A model generated the notes under the pieces. The model searched no databases. It had not been told where the DNA came from and saw only the letters and a list, made by a program, of their open reading frames with translations. This document shows, piece after piece, positions 49,770 through 60,699 of a stretch of DNA of 64,000 bases. How positions within the stretch are numbered: position 1 is the stretch's first letter; each line of letters opens with the position of its first letter. Both the position numbers and the translations under genes were made by a program. Source of the DNA: Mobula hypostoma (Eukaryota); the NCBI RefSeq assembly GCF_963921235.1, contig NC_086097.1:119104001-119168000 (forward strand). Reading direction: 5' to 3'.

Positions 49770-50200
49770 CAACCATGGAAAAGAGCACTGTCAAAGTTTT
49801 GTGCTGGTACCTTTCAGCAGGACTGGAGAAAAAAAGATGAGGAGTAGATTTTAAAGGTGGGGGGAAGGGAAGGAGAAACACAAGGTGATAGGTGAAAAAA
49901 CTGGGAGGGGAGGGGTTAAAGTAAAGAGCTGGGTAGTTGATTGGTGAAAGAGAATCAGGGCTGGAGAAGAGGGAATATAATTGGAGAGGACAGAAACCAC
50001 AGAAGAAAGAAAAAGGGGGAGGAGCACCAGAGGGAGGTGATGGGCAGGCAAAGAGATAAAGTGAGAGAGTGAAAAGGGATGGGGAATGATAAAGGGGGTG
50101 GGGGGCATTACCAGAAGTTTGAGCAATCGATGTACTTGTCCTCAGGTTGGAGGCTACTTAGATGGAATGGGAATGGGTAGAGGAATTAAAATGGTTGGCC
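49770..50200 (-). mobile_element. PLE 3' fragment with terminal repeat
   Basis: Homologous to 19617-20150; minus strand cagtc-CTGCTGA-aaggtaccagcac-AAAA (decayed hammerhead). Confidence 0.7.
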
Positions 50201-51567
50201 ATTTTCTCTCTTTATTCCTGCTAAGCCCTGTTTATTAGTAAATAATTACTTCACACTGAATGAGAATTTTAAAAAAATGAGTGTATTTTAAAAATTTTTA
50301 CTTGGACATATTTATTTTGCAGATTCTTTCCTGGCACAATGGAGAAAAATTAAAGAAAAGCCAACTAGCTTTTAGTTACATCATACACCCGGTGTGGAAC
50401 ATTTTTGGGAGTAAACTTTGAGCATTCTAAGTCTTTGGAAATTGAAATTTAAAATGTACTCAACAACACCTTCCATGCTTCAGAGATTGTTCAAGATGCC
50501 AACAGCCGGAGAAGTGGCTCTTTGGCATATTTTCAGGTCTTCTTGTATATATTTTCAATCACAATGATAAAATATTTCTAAACAATCTTCCATGTTTTCT
50601 GTGCATTAAGTTTTCATCCTGTGATCCTTCAGTAAGTGATAAGTATTTATTTATGCACACAACCCTAACTTGCAGTTAAATACACAACCAGTCTTATTCA
50701 GTGTTTTGTACACAAATGAAGGTAGACCTTTTTGACAGCTCAACAACATGATCAAAAACTGTCAAATTTCCGGAGTGTGTGGCGGATTTATGTAAATCAA
50801 GTGCTCCATTTTATATCCAGAGAATCACTCAGAATGAAGCACAGTGGTTATAAGATCCAGAAAAAGCTATGTAAGATGACTTAACTAAAATCATTGTAAT
50901 TGAAACATACATGAAGATGTTTTTTTATTAAACTTCAATGGTTTAATAGTTCCATTTAATATCAGGGAATGTGTACGTTAGTCAACCTGAAATTCGTACT
51001 CTTCACAGACATCCATGAAACAGAAGAAAACCTCCAAAGAATGAATGGCAGAAACATTAAAGCCCCAAAGTCCCCCCTACACACAAGCAGCATCAAAACA
51101 CCAACCCTCCCCTCCCCTCCCCTCCCTCCACTTGTTCCAGCAAAAAGCATTAGCCTCACCATCACCCATCATGCAAGCAATAGCAAAGCCTCCAAAAGAC
51201 ACCAACATCGAAAGACCAGCAAAAACCACTGTTCACCCAACAGCTTGGCATGCCACAGGCTCTCCAGAAGATATAAAATTAAAGGTCAACTTTATCTATC
51301 ACATACATATCAAAACATGCAGTGAAATACAACATTTTGTGTCAACACCAACACAGTCCGAGGATAGTGCTGGGGGCAGCCGACAAGTGTCACTACACTT
51401 CTAGCACCAATACAGCATGCCCAGAACTCAGTAAGTCAAACCCCAACTGCACATCTTTGGAATGCATGTATGTTTGGATGCATTTATTTATTAATACAGC
51501 GCAATAACAGGCACTTCATGTCAAATGATCCCATGCCACCTAATTGCACCCATATGACCCATTAACC

Positions 51568-53868
51568 TGTTGCTGGCCATGAAGGAATTAAAATAAGGAA
51601 GGAAACATTGCACATGAATGAGTCAAGGACAGTGGAGGTAGACAAACCAGTTGTCTTTTTTCTTGCCATGTAATGGTGGTTGCCATTTTGCATTGCTGCT
51701 CTGTAACTTCCATTGTTTGAACTGTTTGATGAACTGGTTCTTGCTCACAGCAATGGAACATGGGCAGAAGGAGTTTCTGTTATCGATCTGCTGAAACTGA
51801 GATCATTCTCAGATAAATTGTATATTGTGCACAATGGCAGGTTTGCAGAAGTAATCTCTTTATCTAGGTCCAGTGTATGAGCCGCCAAGTTTAACTGGTT
51901 TGAACCAGAGTTGAGGAGAACAGAATGTTACCAAAGGTATGAAGTTGTGTAGCCCTGGGACTACATCCGATGGGAAGGTGATATACTCAGTCAGATGACC
52001 TACAGCTTCCAATGCAAAGGAGTGAGAACCCTGGAGACTAACTGTTGCAAGGATAACCAGTTCTTGCCAGGGAGTGGGAGAAGAAAGTATCGATCATCTA
52101 GCCAACAGGAGATCCCCTATGTCGGTGCTATAAATTGGAAAAGCAGTCTGAGTGAGTAGGTTCAGAGGGTACAGGAGAATTTCTGTTTTAACTTGTTGGC
52201 CTGGGTTCGACATAGTTACAATGCAGTTTGTTCAGAGACAAAAAAGTGTGAGCTTTAATTAATTAAGAGTTGCGTAGTGAGTTGCCTAACGTAGATCTGT
52301 TGATGAATCGTCAACATTATTGTAATGTATGGATCTATTTTTTAAAGCAATAACCCCTGCTTCCCCTTAGCACTATGCTTTGTTCTGTGGTCAGTGCATG
52401 TGTTGTTGTCTGTGCATGCTCATTGTTTCCCTCTCTCTTTCTCTCTCGGTGCAATGTGAATACACCAGTTAAAGCCATCTCTTAGGTACATGCCTTTATT
52501 TGCTGTGTACGGACACCACAAATTGGCAATGAGTATGAACCTGAATGTCAGAAAATATCATGACTGCGCTGACAGTTGTGGGATGAAACTGTGAGAGTTA
52601 AACAGCATGAGAATGCAGTCATAAATGCCAAGCAAACATGTGAGTGTCAGTGAAAGACGTGCTGAATTTCAAGTGAAAATAATATGGTTATGGCTTCAGT
52701 TGGAAAAGTTGACAAATTTGTGTGTGCGAATGAAGCCTGGGAGCCGTATATTGAGAGGGCTGAACTGTATTGTAACGCAAACAACGTGGAGGAGCAAAAG
52801 AACGTCCCTACACGCCTTAGCTTGATGGATCCAAGAACGTACAGTCTGTCATGCAACGTAGTAACCCTTGAAAAGTCAGCAAGCAAGACATTCAAAATGA
52901 TACAATTTTGCTAAATCACTTGAGCCCTAAACTGCTGGTAATAGCTGACAGATTTAGATTTTACAAAAGGAACCAGTCAAAAAATGAAAGCCTTTCTGAA
53001 TATATTGCAGAAATGCACAAGCTTTCCCAGGACTGTGACTAGATGTGGACTTTCTGATTCTTTAAGAGATAGGCTTGTATGTAGTATGCATGATCAAAGC
53101 ACTCAACTGAGGCCACTGGCAGAAAGAGACCTAACCTTAAAATGGACATTGACAATTGCAATTAGAGACCACAGCAAAGGATGCAGCAGAACTATAGAAA
53201 AGTTTAGAAAGTGAACTGCACAAAATGTCCCTGAATGCTGCAAACAGCCAAAAATGTTATCAATGTGGCAAATGAAATTTCAAAGAAAAAGTCTGCAGGA
53301 AGCGTCACAGACAAGGTCACACAGAGAGAATGTGCAAGGCAGACAAAAAGCACAACCGAGTGAAAAGTCTCAAACATAAAACCAAGCAAATGCATAAAGT
53401 TACCGAATGTAAAACAGAATCAGACAACATAGAGTCTGACAAAGGTGAATTGTCATATCTAGAAATGCATAGTATAACTGAAGCAGCTCACAAAATCACC
53501 TGGATTACAATAGATGTGTCTGGTGTGGAAATGAAAATGGAGTGGGGTACATGGTCAGCTTTGTTCATAATTCCAGAGGCTGACTACAACAGACTGCTTT
53601 CTAAGATACTACTAGAGAAGTTGTCAGCGATGTCACAAGCCTATCTGCAAATGGATATTGAGGAGTCAAGCTGGAAGTTCCTCTCAATCAACACTACCAA
53701 AGGGACTGTTCGAGTATAAAGAGCAGTCCCTTGTGAAGCTCTTCATCACTTTTGCCAGTCACGATTATGTTATCAAGGTAACATTGTGTTTCTGGGATAT
53801 CTTGGAGCACTTGGTCCTTTACTCTTTCGCAAATTGCTGGAGCTGATGCAATGCCAAGGACAAGACCT
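51568..53868 (+). mobile_element. Gypsy (Mag-like) 5' half: LTR about 51568-52520, PBS, gag, protease, partial RT with an inverted segment
   Basis: …ACCACA then TGGCAATGAG (decayed TGGCGACGAG-type PBS); MASVGKVDKF…WEPYIERAELYCNAN; RFRFYKRNQ; LRDRLVC; SQAYLQM…INTTKGLFEY. Confidence 0.85.
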
Positions 53869-53982
53869 GAACTAGCAGCCCCTCCAAAGACAGTGATTTG
53901 AACTAGCGGCCCTTCTGAGGGCAGTGACATGAACCAGTGGCCCCTTTGAGGGCAGCAACTTGAACCTTGCGGCCTCTTTGAG
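53868..53982. repeat. About four degenerate tandem copies of a roughly 31-bp unit, within a probable LINE 5' region (minus strand, to about 54320)
   Basis: Unit TGAACyAGyGGCCCyTyTGAGGGCAGyrAyw; CTTCCAGTCAAGATGGCACC on the minus strand near 54300-54319. Confidence 0.55.
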
Positions 53983-54879
53983 AACTGTTTGCTCTCCTCT
54001 ACATTTGTCTCAATGTTTCAATCTTCCTCAACGTTTAAATCGGTGAGAAATGTAGTCGATCATGGCCTCTCATCTCATTTCTGAGCTTCTCTTCATGGCA
54101 GCTTGTGCTCACATTTATTTCCTGGAGTTTTCTCAGGGGTAACAGAGCACAAGCTCACTCGATCGAACTACAGAGTGTAAGTCACAGGCTCCAACAGTTT
54201 CAAAAGCAAAATTAAGATAAAAAGTATAAGTAGAAGATGTAGAAAAAAATGAAATGATTGACTATCTGGAAGATGTTGCCCAAGGAACTGTTGTCAGCTG
54301 GTGCCATCTTGACTGGAAGGTTCCTGTCCGTAGGTTCTGCCTGACTTGTTAAGCTCATCCAGAATATTTGTGGAATCTCTCATTACACATTTCCAGCCTG
54401 AATCCCTCAAGAGAGCCTAAAATTGCTTTTCGAAAAGCAAACCACGCAAATCATGAAATTTCTGATAACTTGCTTGGAGAAATAAATTAATACTTACGTA
54501 CAAATCTATGATGAATTGTCTAGTTCATGCTGACTGGCAAAACTTGTGTTTCTTTTTAACTTTGCTTATAGATTCTGATATATAGACAGTTGGTAATGAG
54601 AGATGACCAAAAGAATTTTAACTTATTGCTATACTTCCCATGAGAAACTTTTGAACTTATTACACTGAAGTGCTGTACCACACATGCTGAGAATTTATGG
54701 GATGCTGAACTCTGATTTTATCTTCATTGTTCACTTTTAATAGATCTCTCCAAGGATATAATAATGGTTAATATGACAGGCATAATTTTAAGGAGATCAG
54801 AAGAAAATATGGGGGAGATGTCAGAGGCCACAGGAGTGGTGGGTGTATGGAATGCCATGCCAGGAATGGTGGTGGAAGC

Positions 54880-55800
54880 AGATTAAAAATCTTACCTCTA
54901 ACATCTCCCCTATACTTTCCTCCAGTTACCTTACAATTATACTCCCTTGTATGAGTCACTTCTGCTCTGGGAAAACAGTCTCTGACTATCTCCTCAATCT
55001 ATGCCTCATCATCTTTACACTTCAGTGAAGTCACATCTCAACTTCCTTTGCTCCAAAGAGAAAATCAATAGCTTGTTCAACCTATCCTCAGAATTCATGC
55101 TCTCTAATCCGGGAAGCACTCTGATAATTCCACTCTGTATCCTCTCTAAAGCTTCCACATCCTTCCTAAAATGAAGCAAACTGAACTAAACACAATATTC
55201 CAAGTGTAGTCTAACAAAGGTTTTAAAGAGATACAACAGTACCTTGCAACTCTTGAACTCAATCCCGCAACCAATGAGAGCCAACACTCTATATTCCTTC
55301 TTATCAACCCTATGAACATGTCTGGCAACTTTGAGGGATCTATCAACGTCGACCCCAAGACCTGTCTGTTCCTCCACACTGCCAAAAATCCTGCCATTAA
55401 CCCTGTATTCTGCCATTATATTCGACCTTCCAAAGTGAATAATTTTACACTTCTCTTGTTGAACAACATCTGCCACTCTCAGCCCTTCTGCATCTTGTCA
55501 ATGTCCTGTTTTAACCTAGGGCAACCTTCTATACTATCCACAATTCTATCAACCTTCACATCTTCTACAAATTTATTAACTCACCCTTCCCCATCCTCCT
55601 TATTCAGCCCACAAAAAAAAATCACAAACAGCAGGGGTCTAAGAACATCTCCATGTGGAACATCACCAGTTACAGACTTCCAGGCAGAAAATACTCCGTC
55701 AACAACTTCCCCCTTCCTTCTATGGGCCAGACAATTCTGAATCCACACAGCCATGTTTCCCTGGGTCCCTAGCCTCCTAACTTGCTGAATGAGGGAGGAT
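54880..55800 (-). mobile_element. CR1 ORF2 RT fragment
   Basis: KCKIIHFGRSN…YLFKTFVRLHLEYCV; VTGDVPHGDVLRPLLFV. Confidence 0.85.
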
Positions 55801-55884
55801 CAGCTTCCTTAAGTAGCTGGCAGGTTACATCCCTCTTTTGTTACTAGGTTTTGTGAGCCATTGAATACATATGCAAATAGGCTC

Positions 55885-56206
55885 TTTCCACTTAGATTAG
55901 GAGAGATAAGTATGAGAGGACATGGCTTTAGGGTGAAAGGGGAAAGGTTTACGGGGAACATTTGGGGGAACTTCCTCACTCAGAGAGTGGTGGGAGTGTG
56001 AAATGAGCTGCCATCTGATGTGGTAAATGCGGGCTCACTCTTAATTTTTAAGAATAAATTGGATAGATACATGGATAGGAGAGGTCTAGAGGGTTATAGA
56101 CTGGGTGCAAGTCAATGGGACTAGCGGAATAAAGTTTCAGCACAGACTAGAAAGGCCGAATGGCCTGTTTTCTGTGCTGTAGTGTTCTATGGTTCTATGG
56201 TTCTAT
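55885..56206 (+). mobile_element. CR1 3' end with (TTCTATGG)n tail
   Basis: RGHGFRVKGERF…FLTQRVVGV; GGCCGAATGGCCTGTTTTCTGTGCTGTAG followed by the tail. Confidence 0.85.
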
Positions 56207-56766
56207 ATCTAGAACAGGAAATTCTTAATGCATTTCATATTTAAGACATCTTCATAAAAAATGTTAAAGTGTTATGCCTATTGTCAGCATGATGCTTGCC
56301 CACTACCATAAAAATACAAAGCAGGTGCAAACACTGCCGTCCTGCATAGTTCACATTCAAACTCCCTTTCCAACCCTCTTGAAGGGGGACGTACAGTATA
56401 TTGAAGCCAAAGTACCCAAATACTTGGTGAGCTTTATGTTGTCATTCAGGTTTAAAACTTATCATCAAATTATTCATCACCAACGATGATTCTAGACATT
56501 TACCATCTTTTGATTCTATATTTCATTCCCATTTGTCCAAGAAGATTTAAAGTCATCGGTGTGATTTTGTTGTCAATTTCTTGAAGTTGTGCATTTTATT
56601 TCCCAATAGCATGAATCAGATGATGTACATCAGAAGATGGTGGGTTAAATTCACTCTGCAGAGCAATTAATGTTCTTTGATATGAAATACTAGGTTGAGT
56701 GGTGGGGGGAGCTAACACCCAGTGAGGTGGAGTGGAAGGGGCTGTGATGCTGATTAGGGTCTTTGA

Positions 56767-56859
<93 letters not shown>

Positions 56860-56871
56860 TAAGGAACTGCA

Positions 56872-57110
56872 AGGGAGCCCAGTGGCTAGCATAACACTAT
56901 TACAGCACTGGCAACATGGGTTTAATTCTTCTGCTGCCTATAAGGAGTTTGTACACTCTGCCCGTGACCATGTGGGCTTTCTCTGGCTGCTCCAATTTCT
57001 TCCCACTTTCCAGAGACATATGAGTTAGGAGGTTCATGGGTGATATGCATGTAATAGGGTGGCATGGGATCATTGGACTGGAAATGCCTGTTATCATTCT
57101 GTACTAATAA
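56872..57110 (+). mobile_element. V-SINE-like tRNA SINE
   Basis: tRNA-like head then GGAGTTTGTACACTCTGCCCGTGACCATGTGGGCTTTCTC. Confidence 0.65.
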
Positions 57111-57714
57111 ATAGATAGATAGGGAGATAAATAAATAAATACCCAGCATGGGAAAAATAAATCTTCAGTCAAAACTGAAGGATGTAAATAAGAGACTATA
57201 GTTGGCATGAGGTTAATCACATCAGATGTGAAGATATAAGCGGGTAATCTGTCTAAGCTCTCCTTAGATATGTCCCCACATTCATCTTTACATCTGACCA
57301 GCTCCTGCAGTGAAGACCTATGTCATTAATCATTCACCTATACTGTAGAACATAGAATATAGAACACTACAGCACAGTACAGGCCTTTTAGCCCATGATA
57401 TTGTGCCGACTTTTTAACTTACTCTAAGATTAACCTAACCCTTCCCTCCAACATTACCCTCCATTTTTTATCATCCATGTGCCTATCCAAGAGCTCCTTA
57501 AATGCTCGTAATTATTCTGCCACTGCCACTGCCCCCAGTAGGGTGTTCCATGCACCCACCACTCTGTGTCAAGAACTTACCTCTGACCTTCTCCCTATAC
57601 TTTCCTCCATGCACCTGAAAATGATGCCCCTCGTAAAAATCATGCACACGATATTGGCTGTGATTGATGTTACTGCAAGTGTCTGGAGTGCTTCATATAC
57701 ATAGAACACATTTG

Positions 57715-57982
57715 GTGGTGTAGTGGTAAGCAGAACACTTTACAATGCAGGTGACAGGGGTTCAATTCCTGTTGCTGCCTGAAAAGAGTTTGTACATTTT
57801 CCCTGTTACTGCGTGGGTTTCCTCTGGGTGCTCTAGTTCCCTCCCGCACTCCAAAGATATACCAATTAGTGGGTTAATTGGACATTGTAAAATTGCCCCA
57901 CGATCAGGCTGGGATTAAATCAGGGGATTCCTGAGCAGCATGGCTGGAAGGGCCAGATGAATCTATTCTGCGCTAAATAAAT
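57715..57982 (+). mobile_element. V-SINE-like tRNA SINE with CR1-like tail
   Basis: A box TGGTGTAGTGG, B box GGTTCAATTCC, V domain GCGTGGGTTTCCTCTGGGTGCTC. Confidence 0.75.
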
Positions 57983-58244
57983 ACACCAGAATGGAGTTCA
58001 GAGAAGTACAAAAAACACTGGATTGCAATTATCGATCAGAATCCTGAGAATATTCCATGGCATAACTAAGCAACAGAGCTTGTAAACACCTAGTAAGATC
58101 ATTAACACTGCTATTTAACATGGATACAATAGATAAGTCAAGGGATTTGAAGGCTTTGGAAGAGGAGAGAAGAATCAATGAAGGAATAAAACATCCTTGA
58201 GAGAAAATAAAACCACTAAAAAAAAATCCTGAAGAACTAAGAAC

Positions 58245-58465
58245 TCCGATGGACGGCCCTAAACCTGGCTGCGAAAGGAGGAGGGCTGGACCAATCCCAT
58301 CCTGTAAAAACCCAGAGCTGCAGAAATGCCAAGAGAAGATCCAAATACCTCAGCCTTGGGAGAGGAAGGATCTTCAAAGATGGGCTACACCCCGGGATAA
58401 CGTGGCGAGCTGCTGTTGGTGGCCTAAGCCCCAGTATGGGTGAAGAGCTTAAGAAGAAGAAGAAG
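58245..58465 (+). mobile_element. RTE-derived short element with (AAG)n tail
   Basis: Ends GGTGGCCTAAGCCCCAGTATGGGTGAAGAGCTTAAGAAG; flanks GAAGAACTAA/GAAGAGCTAA. Confidence 0.5.
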
Positions 58466-59011
58466 AAGAGCTAAAGTGATGTTTTTAAGTTAAGCAAAGA
58501 AGACATTCTCAGTGAGAAAATCTGGTAGGAATGACAACAAATTCAGGTGAAAACCCTTAAAAATATGTTTTCCTTTCTTAATCTGCTTTATCTCCAAAAA
58601 GTCTGAAAACAAACATTGTTGATGCTACAAATCTGAAACAGAAACAGAAAATGCTGGAAGCACATATGAGTCAAGTAATACCCATGGAGAAAAAAAATTG
58701 TTAGAATAATCATCGATCTGAATCCTCTTTCCCTACAGATGTTACATGACCTGCTGAACTTCAGGTATTTTCTGTTTTTGGTGGAAACCAAAGTGTCTTC
58801 AGTATTAGGAGAGCTTCTATCTCACTGTTTTAAGACTATTGAACAGTCCCCTGGTATAATAAGAAGGCCTCTTGACCTTACAATCTACCTTGTTATGGCT
58901 TTGCACCTCTTTGGGTCTGCCTGCACTGCATTGTCTCCGTAACTGAAACATTTTACTCTGAACCTGTTATGTTATTGTTTTCCCTTCTACTACCTCAATA
59001 ACCTCTATGGG

Positions 59012-59244
59012 GAAATGGGGGGGGGGGGGAGGGGGCATCAACTCAGACCATGAGAGGCCTGCTCCAGGCATTTTCATGCCTTACAAGGCACAGATTAGAA
59101 GTCTGTGTGGCCACTCCTCGCATAGACTAGAGCAATGTGTGATTGTGCCTTGCTCAAGGGCACAAACACGCTGCCACAGTTGAGGCTCGAACTAGCAACC
59201 TTGAGATAACTAGACAAATGCCTTAACCACTTGGCCACGTACCC
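59012..59244 (-). mobile_element. tRNA-head CORE-like SINE with 12-bp TSD
   Basis: Same head and core as 7157-7448; TSD AACCTCTATGGG at 59000-59011 and 59245-59256. Confidence 0.8.
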
Positions 59245-60289
59245 AACCTCTATGGGTGACATACAAAGCAAATTATATTCCCTGTCCCCCACTATATATT
59301 GTCAATAATAATTTATTGACAATAACACCCAAATTTGTATGCAAATTCATAATTGAGTTGTTGATCCTCAAATTAAACTAATCTATGGAAAATTAAGCTA
59401 ATTATTCAAGTACACAAACATTTAGGATTTTGTCACCAATTTCAATCAAATATGCCCTTGTTCCGCAAGCTTCCATAATAGTTCCTGCCTCTCACTCATG
59501 TGAGCTTGATTTGCTAGATTAGTTAAGATTATCAACATGGTCTTTTTGTTCAATTTTTAAAATTTTTTTTATTTGTTTCATAGTGATGTTTTGATTCAAC
59601 CACTTTTCAACTCTGGGATAAGGTAAATTTAGTTGAATAACATTTCAGCATGTTCCAAATCTACTCTTCATCATGTGTTCTGTGATTGGTTGTGCGTAGA
59701 ATTGCTCTGGACTTCAGCAGGAAATTAGCCTTGCTTCATGCTGTGTTTTGAATAACCCTACAACAGTTATATACACAAGATGTTCTGCAGATTCTGCAAA
59801 TCCAGAATGTTGGAGAGACTGGTTCATTTCTTTTGTGTATCACTTATTACATGATGCATCATATGCTAATTTCAGCAAAGAGGGCCTCTCTTACTTTATA
59901 TTAATCATATGTACTTTATTGGTCTATGATTCCATATTGATTTCGATCCTTTTTCAATGACTGTTGCAAAGGGCTAAACACAATAGCAACATCAGAAGGT
60001 AATCATATGTAATACCATACTGTCCTTCAGATAGGCCCAAGCTCTGTAATATAATCAGGTTTTGGTGCATTAAAACTTGCCTCCATCTTTTCCCTTCTCT
60101 AGTTATAGTTATTTGGATCAACCTTCAAGGCACTTCTTTTTTGTGAAATATGCATTGACTCACACATAGTCTAAAGAGAGCTTTTGACATTTAAGGGGAA
60201 TATTCACTCCATCATATGCGTGCAGGGCAAAGAAAAGAAAACTGTATAACGTAATCCCATATTTCAGCAGTTGTTGCAGATCACATCTC

Positions 60290-60650
60290 TCCCACACACG
60301 TCCAGTTTTTAAAATGCTGAGTAGTTCTGCCACCAACAGTTCTCCAGGCAGTGAGTTCCAAAACTCCATCAACTTCAGAGTGAAAACAGTTCTTCTCATG
60401 TCTACTTGAAATTTGATTTCTACTTGAAATCTAACCCACTCTCTTAGTTTTTGTCATGCTGCTAAAGGAAATTTAAGTACTGTCATTAGGTCTCCTTTTC
60501 TTTCTAAAGAAAATAAGCCTATCCTATCTAGCCTGTTGTTATGGCTATAGTTCACCAGTCCTGGAAATATCTTCATATATTTTGCTTGCATCCACTCCAT
60601 AACAATCACATCTTTTCTGTACAGAAATGAACATAATGTTTATGCTGTGT
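60290..60650 (-). mobile_element. Old CR1 ORF2 3' fragment
   Basis: MRRTVFTLKLMEFWNSLPG…SILKT. Confidence 0.6.
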
Positions 60651-60699
60651 CTTAGTTTCATTTTTTCACTGTCCTTATACAGACGTTGTACATGGCCTA

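Noticed and set aside
2450..53868. Gypsy 3' end (2450-3056) and 5' half (51568-53868) as parts of one element
   Set aside because: The LTRs differ in length and sequence, and the order is wrong.
59297..59324. 12-bp hairpin TATTGTCAATAA/TTATTGACAATA
   Set aside because: AT-rich and within a LINE-tail-like context; no evidence of function.
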